Below, in pieces: positions 40,413 through 50,886 of a DNA stretch of 64,000 nt. The DNA comes from a bacterium (lineage in GTDB: Bacteria; Electryoneota; JAOADG01). Position 1 is the stretch's first letter, and each line of letters starts with the position of its first letter. The notes beneath the pieces were generated by a model, which had not been told where the DNA came from, searched no databases, and saw only the letters and a program-made list of their open reading frames with translations. The stretch lies in assembly GCA_963681965.1 (NCBI GenBank), contig OY820579.1, forward strand, positions 1,120,001 to 1,184,000. Direction: 5' to 3'. The position numbers and the translations under genes were made by a program.

Positions 40413-41948
40413 ATGAAGAAGGAAATTATCATCAACTCAACGTCGAGCGAGACCCGCATCGCCCTCCTGGAAGACGAGCAATTGGTCGAACTCTTCGTCG
40501 AACGCCCCGAGAACGAGCGGACGGTTGGCGACATCTACCTTGGGAAAGTCCGCAAGGTCATCGAAGGAATGCGGGCGGCCTTTGTCGATATTGGATGGAA
40601 TCAGGATGCATTCCTGCATTTTTCCGATGTCGGTTCCGGTGCGCTGTCGCTTGAAAACTTAGCCGATTCTCTTTCCGAAGAGGACATCGAACTCGATGAT
40701 CGAGGGCGTGCCGAACGAGCCAAGCTGAATGTCGGCGAGAACATCCTCGTCCAGATCATCAAAGAACCGATCGGAACGAAAGGTCCCCGAATAACCAGCC
40801 AGATTGCGTTACCCGGTCGATTTTGTGTGTTGATGCCGGGAGAGAAATCGATCGGTGTTTCACGTAGAGTTTCCGATTATCGCGAACGTCGACGATTGAA
40901 GTCTACTGCTTCAGAACTTCGCCCCGAAGGGTGCGGATTGATTATTCGAACCGTCGCTGAGAACAAAGACGAAGCCGCTGTTCGAGCCGATGTCGACGCA
41001 CTCTATAAATTCTGGAAAATGATTGAGCGGAAGTCCAATAGCGCACCAGCCCCCAGTCTCATTTACAAAGATGTATCGCTAGCTAGTTCGGTTATCCGCG
41101 ATCTATTTACCAGCGACATCGATCATCTCGTTGTCGATAGCAAAGCACTCTACCGCGAAATTGAAGAATATTTAAAGCACGTCGCTCCCAATTTGTTGGA
41201 CCGATTAAGTATCTACAATGGACAAGCCCCGATTTTCGACTACTACCGGATCGAAAGCGAAATTGAAAAAACGATTGCTCGAAAAGTCTGGTTGAAGGGG
41301 GGCGGGTATGTCATCATCGACCACACTGAGGCATTGGTTACGGTCGACGTCAACAGTGGTCGCTATGTCGGCAAAAAGAATCACGAAGAAAACTCGTTAC
41401 AGGTAAACCTGATGGCGGCAAAAGAAATTTGTCGACAGCTCCGGTTGCGAGACATTGGCGGTATCATCGTGATCGACTTCATTGACCTGTGGGAAGACAA
41501 GAATCGCAAGCGGGTCGAAGATGAAATGCGTCGCGAACTCAAGAAAGATCGCGCAAAATCCGATTTAGCGCCAATCAGTCAATTTGGTCTATTGGAAATG
41601 ACTCGGCAACGTATCAAACCATCGTTGATTTACACCTTTAATTCACCCTGCCCCACCTGCGAAGGGAGTGGCTTGGTTGCATCGAAAGAGACGGTCATGA
41701 CTGCAATCGAGCGCTGGGTAAAGCGTTTCCGCTACTCTACTCGCGAACGTCGACTGAGATTGCAAGTCCATCCCGATGTTTACGGTTACGTGACGGGTGG
41801 TTTGAAGAGTCGAATCAATCAATTGATGTGGCGAAATCGTGTTTTAATTACTATGGTCGCGGATCCAACGGTAAAAAACGATACATTTCATGTCTGGAGT
41901 TATCGACAGAAGCGCGATATTACCAACGATTATCTTCAAGGCAGTTAA
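40413..41948 (+). CDS. rng: Rne/Rng family ribonuclease (short, RNase G-like)
   Basis: GDIYLGKV, AAFVDIG, DVNSG, RQLRLRDIGGIIVIDFID and CPTCEGSG motifs. Confidence 0.93.
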   Translation: MKKEIIINSTSSETRIALLEDEQLVELFVERPENERTVGDIYLGKVRKVIEGMRAAFVDIGWNQDAFLHFSDVGSGALSLENLADSLSEEDIELDDRGRAERAKLNVGENILVQIIKEPIGTKGPRITSQIALPGRFCVLMPGEKSIGVSRRVSDYRERRRLKSTASELRPEGCGLIIRTVAENKDEAAVRADVDALYKFWKMIERKSNSAPAPSLIYKDVSLASSVIRDLFTSDIDHLVVDSKALYREIEEYLKHVAPNLLDRLSIYNGQAPIFDYYRIESEIEKTIARKVWLKGGGYVIIDHTEALVTVDVNSGRYVGKKNHEENSLQVNLMAAKEICRQLRLRDIGGIIVIDFIDLWEDKNRKRVEDEMRRELKKDRAKSDLAPISQFGLLEMTRQRIKPSLIYTFNSPCPTCEGSGLVASKETVMTAIERWVKRFRYSTRERRLRLQVHPDVYGYVTGGLKSRINQLMWRNRVLITMVADPTVKNDTFHVWSYRQKRDITNDYLQGS

Positions 41949-41972
41949 TCGCTCAATCAATCTGGAAGTTGG

Positions 41973-42003
41973 AAGGGGTGGGGTAATCCACCCCTTTTAT
42001 TTT
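41973..42003 (+). terminator. Intrinsic terminator after rng
   Basis: AAGGGGTGG...CCACCCCTT followed by a T-rich tract. Confidence 0.8.
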
Positions 42004-42482
42004 ATTGTAACATTATTAATTGTGTCGGTAATATTGTAAAATAAATAAATGTGTTTTTCCACGGATGCGATCCATCGATATAGATTATTGTTAATTCAAC
42101 TTGTTACAACAAAATTGTGAAAATCTTGCGTTAGTCGTTTTATAATAAACTTAACGAGTCGCTCTCCGAGAAGAAAACATAGCACCGAGAGTTTTTTTCT
42201 AACATCTCCTTGATATCGCTGTTTTTGTTTCCCTAAGACTCGGCGAAGGCTCAGGCGGATTGCCTATGAATTTTTACATCGGGTTGCCAAGCACACCCAC
42301 TCAATGTATGTTGATAGTACCCTGTGAGGGGATTGCCAATTCAATTCGAGCCGCCTCCCTGCTCCTCGGGGGGGCGGTTCTGTCGATAGCTTTCTGCAAC
42401 AAAACAGGTACATATTCTTTTTTTCAAGTCTACAGTTTTCCCCGTTCATTCCTAGATAGAAGTCAAAGGTTAGTGTTACGCG

Positions 42483-43895
42483 ATGCTGGACAATCCTCAG
42501 GCAACGTCTCCCGATCCATCATTGATCCTGTTATGGGATCGTTTTTGTACCGAATTGACCAATCTTCTGGGTGCCGAGCATGTTCGGACTTGGTTCCAAT
42601 CGCTTCAACCGATACGATTGGATCCGGATCAAGCGCAATTCGTGATCGGTGTTCCTGGTGCTTTTCATTTAGAATGGATTCAATCCCATTACTCGGATTT
42701 TCTTGATGAGTGCATCGGGCGAGTGATCGGCGATGGCTTCTCGATTCGGTTTGAAATTGTGGAAACACTTCGAAGCACTAAAGTCGCAACGCCGCCCATT
42801 ATTACTTCACCCACTGAAGATCTGGCACCAATAACCGTGAAACATCCGGGGAGTCCAGTTTCTTTAAAAATCGATCCCGATTATTGCTTTGAAACGTTCA
42901 TTGCGGGTGAAGGTAGTCGCTTTGCGCGTTCTGCGGCAATGGCAGTCGCTCAGTCGCCGGGTGGGAACCGATTTAATCCACTGTTGATTCATGGTGGGGT
43001 GGGTCTTGGCAAAACACATTTGCTTCATGCAATCGCCAATCTCGGTCAAAAAAATCTTAGTGCACGTAATCCAATTTTAACTACGAGTGAGCAATTTACT
43101 TCCGATTTTATTCGCGCGGTTCAACGCGACAAAAAAATTGACTTTGCCGAGCAATATGCCGAAACAAATTTATTGCTGGTTGATGATGTGCAATTCTTTA
43201 TGGGGCGTGAGCAAACCCAGCGACAATTCTTCCACACTTTCAACAGTCTGGTGAATGCAGGGAAACAAATTGTCTTGACATCCGACCGTCCTCCAAGAGA
43301 ATTGGATTATCTGGACGAGCGTTTACGAAGTCGATTTCAACAGGGATTGGTTGTCGAAGTCACACCACCGGAATACGAAACGCGTGTTGCTATTCTGCGA
43401 GTTTGGGCAGAACGCGATGGCGTAAAACTTCCTCCCGACGTAGAAGATTTTCTCGCGACCCATATCGCCTCAAATGTGCGAAATTTGCGTGGAGCGGTCA
43501 TCCGGCTGCTGGCTATCGCCACTCTCGAACGATGCGATTTAACAGTTGCAATCGCCCGTAAAACGATCCATGACCTGTTAACAAGACCCCGTGAAGTGGT
43601 TACGATTGATCATATCATAGACATCGTTGCCAAGCACTACCACATACCGATCGATCAATTTGTGGCAAAGACCCGTAAACAACCGGTAGCAGAAGCGCGG
43701 ATGATTGTCATGGCGCTGGCATGCGAACTAACAGGTATGTCTTTATCTGCAATCGGAATCAGATTGGGGAATCGAGATCACACAACGGTACTCCACGCAC
43801 GCGACTCACTCCGTGAGCGAGCGGAACACGATCGAGAATTTCGTCAAATTTTAGAGCAGTTCAAGCGAGAGGCAGAGCACGGCATTACAGTTTGA
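42483..43895 (+). CDS. dnaA: Chromosomal replication initiator DnaA
   Basis: NPLLIHGGVGLGKTHL, LLVDDVQF, RLRSRF and RDHTTVLHA motifs. Confidence 0.96.
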   Translation: MLDNPQATSPDPSLILLWDRFCTELTNLLGAEHVRTWFQSLQPIRLDPDQAQFVIGVPGAFHLEWIQSHYSDFLDECIGRVIGDGFSIRFEIVETLRSTKVATPPIITSPTEDLAPITVKHPGSPVSLKIDPDYCFETFIAGEGSRFARSAAMAVAQSPGGNRFNPLLIHGGVGLGKTHLLHAIANLGQKNLSARNPILTTSEQFTSDFIRAVQRDKKIDFAEQYAETNLLLVDDVQFFMGREQTQRQFFHTFNSLVNAGKQIVLTSDRPPRELDYLDERLRSRFQQGLVVEVTPPEYETRVAILRVWAERDGVKLPPDVEDFLATHIASNVRNLRGAVIRLLAIATLERCDLTVAIARKTIHDLLTRPREVVTIDHIIDIVAKHYHIPIDQFVAKTRKQPVAEARMIVMALACELTGMSLSAIGIRLGNRDHTTVLHARDSLRERAEHDREFRQILEQFKREAEHGITV

Positions 43896-44060
43896 ATTAT
43901 TACCAGTTAATAAATTGTATTAATGTTAATAATGTATAACAAATAATATTATATAATACCCACAGCTTTATTTGTATACTTGTTTGATATATAATAACTT
44001 ATAGTGTGTTTGTGATGATACTTGTTTTGTTTTATGTTATACTTGAGAATAATTTCAATC
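43896..44060. promoter_or_regulatory. Candidate oriC/DUE: AT-rich region with degenerate DnaA boxes
   Basis: Very AT-rich; TGTTAATAA at 43924-43932, TGTATAAC and ATACCCACA; TAA-triplet runs. Confidence 0.4.
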
Positions 44061-44209
44061 GATCGCGCATTAGGAAAAGTAATTAAGGAAAAAGACGCTA
44101 AGTAATCGCAAATTCATTTGCTATTTAGAATTAATCGCAATTACTCTCTTCAAGCGCGTAGGGTAACTCGTACCTCATATGTTATTTACAATCGAAACCT
44201 AGCTTGAAC

Positions 44210-44238
44210 TTGACATCCAAGACTATCGATTGTATACT
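44210..44238 (+). promoter_or_regulatory. Near-consensus sigma70 promoter
   Basis: TTGACA, 17 bp, TATACT. Confidence 0.75.
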
Positions 44239-44432
44239 ATTAGCAGTTAATTAGAGGAAACGTCTGTCTGAAATTGTAAGTGCAGCTTTAATACACAATT
44301 GTGCTCTGTGTCACGGCTAAGAAAAACGGGAGCTGCGAGCACGTTTTTTCTTTTTCAGTCAGACTAGTATCATTTTTTAGCAACTCGCAATATAAAACAT
44401 AAATGCGGTAGAGGTGTTTTTTAGCGGAGGTA

Positions 44433-47400
44433 ATGATGTCCTTGAGACAGTCAAGAAATTCTTTATTTATCTTTCTCGCCTTATTGGTGGCTCTGTCACT
44501 AACTGGCGAGGCATTTGCACAGGTTTACTCGTATGATAGATTCGGTTTATCTGCCAGTAACTCTGCTGCAGTGAGTACGACGACACGCGGTAGTCGGATC
44601 TACATGAGGATGATTTTACTCTGCGACACAGAAGATCAGATGGCTGACGTCGTAAGCTTATGGGGTACATCATCGGTATCCGATAGCTCTAAAGTCCGTT
44701 TAGCACTGTATACATCATCCGATGGTACTGGATCGCCGACTTATACGACAGCACAAAGTTTCACGCGGACTTCGCATGGAATCATCGATGCGACGCACGG
44801 TGATATTGCCGGTTACGTTACGATACCATCCGATGTCGACGCTACGATCCATTCTGTTGCCGTTCGAGCGATTGGACAATACGACGACCTCGACAATGGA
44901 TATACCCGAATGGGTTCTGCCAAGCTTTCTACCTCCGCAACTCTTCCCGGTGGAACCTACAATTACAACTATATCGTCTTGCAGGCAGCGAGTAGCACAC
45001 CGAATTTGGTGTATCCGTCCAACGGTTTCCAGAGTGGTCAAGATAATAATTCGATGCGCTTCACGTTCGTACTCGAGAATACATCTGCAACTGATACAGT
45101 GACGATGGATATTCTCAGTGGTTCGACTGTTGTTCAGCGGATTCGATATAGTAGCACACTGACTGGCGGTACGCTTTACAGCGGTGTGTACACATACGAT
45201 GGCTCGCTGAATGGTGGTTTGGGTGGTTTCAGCGCTTCGGCAGCCGCCGATCCCGACACTACCGGTGAAACGGTTCCGACCTATACTCAACCGGATCTCA
45301 GCACCAGAGCTGCATTAGTTAGCGGTAATACTTACACCGTAAGACTCACTACTCAGGAAGATGGAAACGCTTCTGCATCGACCAGTTTCGCCAGTTTCAA
45401 ATACGATTCAACGGTTCCCACTATTTCGTTAGCATATCCTAGCGCAAGTTATCAAAGTGGTCGCGATGACGACACAATTCGTGTTCGTTTCACCACCAAT
45501 GAAGTTGCTCGTGCCAATTCGTTAACGATGCAAATTCGAAGCGGTTCAACAGTTGTTCAGGAAGTCGTGTTTTCCGGCACTGCTGCTGCCACTTACGGTG
45601 GTATGCTTGCATACGATCCGACGTTCCCGTCCGAACCATTCGATGCGGTTCCCGGATCGAATACGAGCGGCTCGACACTGCACATAATTGCCAGTCAGAA
45701 TACTTCGATCACACCAGCTGATTTGGTTGATGGAACGACTTACACTGTCCGTGTTTTCTATACCGATATCGCCGGCAACACCTCTGCCAACTCCGACTTT
45801 GCGATGGTGTATGATCTCTCGACTTCTGTTCCGACGCTGTCGTCTCCGGCAAGTTCGTCTTACCTGACGTTGTCGAGCCAGACATTTACTTGGAATAATT
45901 CCGAACCGTATTCGGTGTTAAATCTTTACATCGAACGAACCGGTGGCACTGCCGATAATAATTCACCCCACGTTTTCACGATCGCAAGCGGTAACGCTTT
46001 ATTGAATGCCACGAATCCTAAATCGATGACCTTGGATCTTTCCAACTTGGTTTCCACGGCAAACTATACGTACACCAATACGGTGACCGGTGAAGGTGCT
46101 GCGTTGGTTGTAGGTACTTCTTACAAGTGGTATTTCAAAGCGAATCATGTCGTTGCCGGCGATCCGACATTGCAACAAAGCGCGTTCCGATCATTTAGTG
46201 TGGCAAGTAGTGCTAGTCCGTCGGTTACGTTGGTGTATCCGAGCGCATCCGAACAGGGTGGGCGCGACGACGACTCGTTGCACGTTCGATTTACCACGAC
46301 GACTGCTGCTCGCGCAAACACAATCACTCTGCAATATCGATTGGGTGGTTCGGTTGCTCAACAGATTGTCTTCTCGAATACCGATGCTGCCACTTATGGT
46401 GGTGTGTTGTATTACAATTCAACGTTGAATCCAGCACCTTTCAGTGTTGTTCCTTCGTCGAATACTAGTGGCGCGACTCTTTATTCTATCAACAGTCAGA
46501 CTGTGACGACCGACCTCGTCGACGGTACTACTTACACCGTTCGGGTATTCTATACCGATGTGTTGGGCAATGTGTCGCCGAATGCCGATTTTGCAATGGT
46601 GTACGATGTCACTTCGAACGCTCCAACCCTTTCGTCGCCGACTAGTCCTACGAATCTGACGCTTGCCAATCAGACCTTCACTTGGAGCAACGCCGAAGTA
46701 TATTCCGGTTTGCAGCTATATATCGAACGAACCAGTGGTACCGAAGACGGTAACTCGCCACACATTTTTACCGTCGCAGCCAGTAACGCACTATTGAATA
46801 CTTCGAATCCCAAGTCGGTGACTTTGGATCTCGGTCATTTGGCGGGAACTGCCAACTATTCATACAACAAATCCGACAATACTTCGCTAATTGGTGGAAC
46901 CACCTACCGATGGTATTTCAAGGCTATCGACCTTGCCAACAACCCGCAGGTTACCAGTTCGAACCGGCAGTTCTCGATTGCTAGCGGAACCATTCTCAAT
47001 GTCTCTGGAACTGGTTTGTTAACTGTCGTGAGTCACAATCAAGTTGACAAGCCTGTGTATCGAATCACCTGCGCAACCGCATTGGGTTCTGCAACGTTGA
47101 CGGCAGCGGTTGGTGACTTCCGCGCTTCAACGGCGATCGCTGCGGAAATCACGAATGTGAAACTCTGGTATTCCACCGAGGCGACATTCGCGACGGGTAC
47201 TTCCACACTATTGTCTACCAAGACCTATGATGGAAATTATACCACGTTCAATGGTTTCTCGCGCGCATTCAATACGGCGACAGCATATCTGTATGTGACG
47301 ATCTCAGCTAGTTCAACGGCACAGCACCACCGTATTAACACTGCGTTCCAAACCGGAAGCTTTACCTTCTCGAATTCGAACGATGTCGTTGATGGATTGC

Positions 47401-48038
47401 CGTTAGCCGGCTTCAATACTTCATTGCCGGTTACGCTGAATAAGTTCTCCGGTGCCTCACGCAACGGAAGCGTCAGTTTGGCATGGACGACAGAATCCGA
47501 ATGGGATAACGCTGGTTACGAAGTGATTCGCCGAATCGCTGGTAGCGATGCATTCGAAACGATTGCAACGTACAACGATGTCTCGGATCTCCGCAGCAAA
47601 TCCGATAACGGTACTTCCGAAATTCCGTTGAGCTATATCTATACCGATCGCAATGTTCAGGAAGGCGTTTCATACGAATATCGTCTGCGCACTGTCGACC
47701 TCGCTGGCTCACCGGCTGAATTGAACATGACCGTTCAAGTAACCGTTACGACGCTACCGCGTGAATTCGCATTGCGATCGAACTATCCGAATCCATTCAA
47801 TGCCTCGACCAATCTTCGGTTCGAAGTTCCGTTTGCTTCGAAGGTAACCTTGAAGATCTACGACATTAGCGGTCGAGAAATTTCAACGTTGCTTGATAAA
47901 GATGTCGAAGCCGGATCGCATGTTGTGATGTGGCAGGGTAAGAATGAAGCCGGCAACACAATGGCATCTGGAACGTATTTTGTCCGGATGACTGCTGGTA
48001 AATTTACCTCGACTCAGAAGATTGTAATGATCAAGTAA
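44433..48038 (+). CDS. Large Ser/Thr-rich secreted surface protein with internal repeats and T9SS/FlgD-type C-terminal domain
   Basis: Signal peptide ending AFA|Q; 3 LxYPS...GxD modules; 2 PTLSSP modules; LPVTL..F domain; NYPNPFN...SGTYFVRM...KIVMIK. Confidence 0.8.
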   Translation: MMSLRQSRNSLFIFLALLVALSLTGEAFAQVYSYDRFGLSASNSAAVSTTTRGSRIYMRMILLCDTEDQMADVVSLWGTSSVSDSSKVRLALYTSSDGTGSPTYTTAQSFTRTSHGIIDATHGDIAGYVTIPSDVDATIHSVAVRAIGQYDDLDNGYTRMGSAKLSTSATLPGGTYNYNYIVLQAASSTPNLVYPSNGFQSGQDNNSMRFTFVLENTSATDTVTMDILSGSTVVQRIRYSSTLTGGTLYSGVYTYDGSLNGGLGGFSASAAADPDTTGETVPTYTQPDLSTRAALVSGNTYTVRLTTQEDGNASASTSFASFKYDSTVPTISLAYPSASYQSGRDDDTIRVRFTTNEVARANSLTMQIRSGSTVVQEVVFSGTAAATYGGMLAYDPTFPSEPFDAVPGSNTSGSTLHIIASQNTSITPADLVDGTTYTVRVFYTDIAGNTSANSDFAMVYDLSTSVPTLSSPASSSYLTLSSQTFTWNNSEPYSVLNLYIERTGGTADNNSPHVFTIASGNALLNATNPKSMTLDLSNLVSTANYTYTNTVTGEGAALVVGTSYKWYFKANHVVAGDPTLQQSAFRSFSVASSASPSVTLVYPSASEQGGRDDDSLHVRFTTTTAARANTITLQYRLGGSVAQQIVFSNTDAATYGGVLYYNSTLNPAPFSVVPSSNTSGATLYSINSQTVTTDLVDGTTYTVRVFYTDVLGNVSPNADFAMVYDVTSNAPTLSSPTSPTNLTLANQTFTWSNAEVYSGLQLYIERTSGTEDGNSPHIFTVAASNALLNTSNPKSVTLDLGHLAGTANYSYNKSDNTSLIGGTTYRWYFKAIDLANNPQVTSSNRQFSIASGTILNVSGTGLLTVVSHNQVDKPVYRITCATALGSATLTAAVGDFRASTAIAAEITNVKLWYSTEATFATGTSTLLSTKTYDGNYTTFNGFSRAFNTATAYLYVTISASSTAQHHRINTAFQTGSFTFSNSNDVVDGLPLAGFNTSLPVTLNKFSGASRNGSVSLAWTTESEWDNAGYEVIRRIAGSDAFETIATYNDVSDLRSKSDNGTSEIPLSYIYTDRNVQEGVSYEYRLRTVDLAGSPAELNMTVQVTVTTLPREFALRSNYPNPFNASTNLRFEVPFASKVTLKIYDISGREISTLLDKDVEAGSHVVMWQGKNEAGNTMASGTYFVRMTAGKFTSTQKIVMIK

Positions 48039-48058
48039 TCGATCAATAATCTGTGAAG

Positions 48059-48089
48059 ATGGGGTGGCGCAAGTCACCCCATTTTTTTT
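48059..48089 (+). terminator. Intrinsic terminator
   Basis: ATGGGGTGGC-GCAA-GTCACCCCAT stem followed by a long T-tract. Confidence 0.88.
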
Positions 48090-48100
48090 AAAGGTGAGTT

Positions 48101-48676
48101 ATGATTGAACCGCCTAAAATCTTACCGGATTTAACAACGGAGCGATTGCTGCTGCGGATGCTGAAGGCAACTGATGCAATCGACATCTACCAATATGCCT
48201 CCGATCCGGAAGTCACCACACATCTTCTTTGGGAAACCCATCAGTCAATGGAAGACACGTTGGAATTCGTGGCGAAAGTGTTGATGACGTACGACAATGA
48301 GGAACCCGGAATTTGGGGTATTGTCGATCGATCTATCGGTAAAGTAATTGGAACAATTGGGATTCATAATTGGCGACGAATGCATGATGCGGTAGAAATC
48401 GGATATGTGATTGGGAGACCTAATTGGAACAAGGGTTATATGACCGAAGTCGTTGAAGCAGTGATTACGTATTTATTTAAGGAGCTTCACATAAATCGGG
48501 TCGATGCTGTTTGCGCTGTGGAAAATAGCGCTTCGGAACAAGTAATGAAAAAGGTTGGTATGCAATTCGAGGGCATTCAACGCAAGTCTTGTTTCATCAA
48601 AGGCGAATTCCACGATATGAAAATGTATGCAATTCTTAGACAAGATAGATTCACACAAAAGGAACTTCATAAATGA
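48101..48676 (+). CDS. GNAT N-acetyltransferase (RimJ/RimL family)
   Basis: LTTERLLLR, EIGY...WNKGYMTE and NSASEQVMKKVGMQFEG motifs. Confidence 0.9.
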   Translation: MIEPPKILPDLTTERLLLRMLKATDAIDIYQYASDPEVTTHLLWETHQSMEDTLEFVAKVLMTYDNEEPGIWGIVDRSIGKVIGTIGIHNWRRMHDAVEIGYVIGRPNWNKGYMTEVVEAVITYLFKELHINRVDAVCAVENSASEQVMKKVGMQFEGIQRKSCFIKGEFHDMKMYAILRQDRFTQKELHK

Positions 48677-49164
48677 ACGATTGGTCGATCACACTGCCTC
48701 CTTGGTACGGAATGCATCCGATCGTCACGCATTTTCCAATTGCGTTGTTTCCCACGGCGCTCTTATTTATTGCGCTATCGATCGTTTGGAAGCGTTTTCG
48801 GTTGGCATTTTGTATCGTATCAATGATTCTTTTAACAATTGCTGCGATTGGTAGTGTCGTTGCTGTCGCAACTGGATCCGAGGCACGAATTCATACAGCG
48901 ATTCCGTTGGAAGCGGATACCGTGATGTCGCATCATGCGCAAATGGCAGCTTCGTTCCGAACCTTCAATTCACTTTTCACTATTGTATACGCAATTTTTA
49001 TTTTACTAGCATTGGTGAAGACAAAGCTTGGTGAGAAAATTTTCCTACCCGCATCGATTCTCTTGCTGGGAATTGGCTGCTTGTTGCTATGGCAATTGAC
49101 AGTAACCGGACATTTGGGGGGACGACTCGTACATGAGTTTGGAGTTCATGCGAAGATTTATTGA
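48673..49164 (+). CDS. DUF2231 family membrane protein
   Basis: HPIVTHFPIAL and GHLGGRLV motifs. Confidence 0.85.
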   Translation: MNDWSITLPPWYGMHPIVTHFPIALFPTALLFIALSIVWKRFRLAFCIVSMILLTIAAIGSVVAVATGSEARIHTAIPLEADTVMSHHAQMAASFRTFNSLFTIVYAIFILLALVKTKLGEKIFLPASILLLGIGCLLLWQLTVTGHLGGRLVHEFGVHAKIY

Positions 49165-49188
49165 GAATAATTGTAATTTATTAAGAGA

Positions 49189-49219
49189 ACGGAGCGATGC
49201 TGTCACTCCGTTTTTTTTG
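49189..49219. terminator. Terminator between convergent genes
   Basis: ACGGAG...CTCCGT followed by a T-tract; overlaps the purK stop. Confidence 0.65.
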
Positions 49220-50336
49220 TTAATAATGCGCGTGCAGTTAAAACGCGATTTGCGGCATCGGACCCAATCGCAGTTAGATGTCCCATTTTCCTTCCGGGTC
49301 GCGCTTCGGATTTTCCGTAAAGATGCAGATTAACACCCGGACAACTCAATACCGAGGACCAATTCGGTTCACCATTCCTCCACAAGTCGCCTAGAAGATT
49401 CACCATGGCTGCTTCGCCGGCAATTATTGAAGGATTGCCTAGCGGTAGCGATCCGATTGCACGCCATAGTTGCTCATACTGCGAGATCGAAGCCCCTTCA
49501 ATTGTCCAATGCCCACTGTTGTGTGGACGTGGAGCGAGTTCGTTGATCAGCAATTGCCCGTCAGTTGTCTCGAATAATTCAACGCAGAGTAAACCGATGA
49601 GTTGGAGTTTTTCGGCGATACCGATTGCTAGCTCGTGTGCTTGTTTCGAAATGCGTTGATTGTCGGGAGCTGGAGCGATCGTGAGGTCAAGAATGTGATT
49701 TACATGCCGGTTTTCTACTACCGGAAAACAGCGGGAATCGCCAATTGAATTTCGAGCAACAATCACCGACAATTCCCGAGTGAATGGAACAAAAGCTTCA
49801 AAGATGACTTCGGATGAAAATGCCTCAAGTGCAGCTTTTATGTCGGTAATCGATGTTACTTTACGTTGTCCCTTGCCGTCGTACCCCATACGCAGTGTTT
49901 TCACTACTCCGGGAAATCCAACGATACTGACGGCATTTTCCAGTTCGGAATCATCTGTTCTAGAATTTAGAATTCGAAAGGGAGGGACCGGAAAGCCATT
50001 GGATTGAAGGAACGATTTTTCTTGATCGCGAGCCTGACAAATCTCGAGAACTTCTGGGGAAGGCATTACTGGACAAACAGAAGATCGAAGTGCCGATGCC
50101 GAGAGATTTTCAAATTCAATTGTTAATACCCGGCATTTTTCCGACATCTTTCGAATGGTATCGCAATCGGAATAATTCGCTACCTCTATTTCAGCGCAGG
50201 CTGCCGCTGGGCAGTTCGGATCGGGATCGAGGACTAAGACTTTAAGTCCGAGACGAATTGCAGCGATCGCAGCCATGCGACCTAATTGTCCACCTCCGAC
50301 AATGCCAACGGTATCGCCCGGTAGTAACGGCTTCAT
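49203..50336 (-). CDS. purK: N5-CAIR synthase
   Basis: [32 protein letters not shown] and RPGRKMGH motifs; ATGA overlap with purE. Confidence 0.96.
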   Translation of the reverse strand: MKPLLPGDTVGIVGGGQLGRMAAIAAIRLGLKVLVLDPDPNCPAAACAEIEVANYSDCDTIRKMSEKCRVLTIEFENLSASALRSSVCPVMPSPEVLEICQARDQEKSFLQSNGFPVPPFRILNSRTDDSELENAVSIVGFPGVVKTLRMGYDGKGQRKVTSITDIKAALEAFSSEVIFEAFVPFTRELSVIVARNSIGDSRCFPVVENRHVNHILDLTIAPAPDNQRISKQAHELAIGIAEKLQLIGLLCVELFETTDGQLLINELAPRPHNSGHWTIEGASISQYEQLWRAIGSLPLGNPSIIAGEAAMVNLLGDLWRNGEPNWSSVLSCPGVNLHLYGKSEARPGRKMGHLTAIGSDAANRVLTARALLTKKTE

Positions 50337-50818
50337 ACGATTGGTTCGTCCGTTACAGAATTTGTTTGCCGTTCGCGCCATGCCCGAAGTCGCTCACGTA
50401 ATCCAATGTCTTTTAGGGCGAGGATTGATGCCGCTAAGAGTGCCGCATTTTTCGCTCCGGATTGACCAATTGCGACCGTTCCAACGGGTACACCACCCGG
50501 CATTTGAACGATCGACAACAGTGAATCGAGACCTTTCAGGTGACGACTGGGTACGGGTACTCCAATTACCGGAAGGATGGTTTGAGCGGCGGTCATTCCC
50601 GGTAGATGGGCTGCCCCGCCGGCTCCGGCGATAATGACACAGATGCCGCGCTGCTCCGCTGATTTAGCATATTCGAACATCCGGTCGGGAGTTCGATGTG
50701 CCGATACGACACGCCATTCGAATGGTACTTCCAACTCAGCAAGAACATCGGCACTAGCCTGCAAGGTCTCCTTGTCGGAGATGCTACCCATAATGATACC
50801 AACCAAAGGTTGAGTCAT
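50333..50818 (-). CDS. purE: N5-CAIR mutase
   Basis: [25 protein letters not shown] and [11 protein letters not shown] motifs. Confidence 0.98.
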   Translation of the reverse strand: MTQPLVGIIMGSISDKETLQASADVLAELEVPFEWRVVSAHRTPDRMFEYAKSAEQRGICVIIAGAGGAAHLPGMTAAQTILPVIGVPVPSRHLKGLDSLLSIVQMPGGVPVGTVAIGQSGAKNAALLAASILALKDIGLRERLRAWRERQTNSVTDEPIV

Positions 50819-50886
50819 TTCTTTACCCCGGTTTGACAAAAAAATATAGTGAATTGGTTATTAAATTCGAAACGATATCGATCAAT

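Noticed and set aside
40244-40654. 136-aa ORF overlapping the rng start
   Set aside because: Out-of-frame overlap with rng and no recognisable motifs.
42260-42706. 148-aa ORF upstream of and overlapping dnaA
   Set aside because: Out-of-frame overlap, not rpmH, no motifs.
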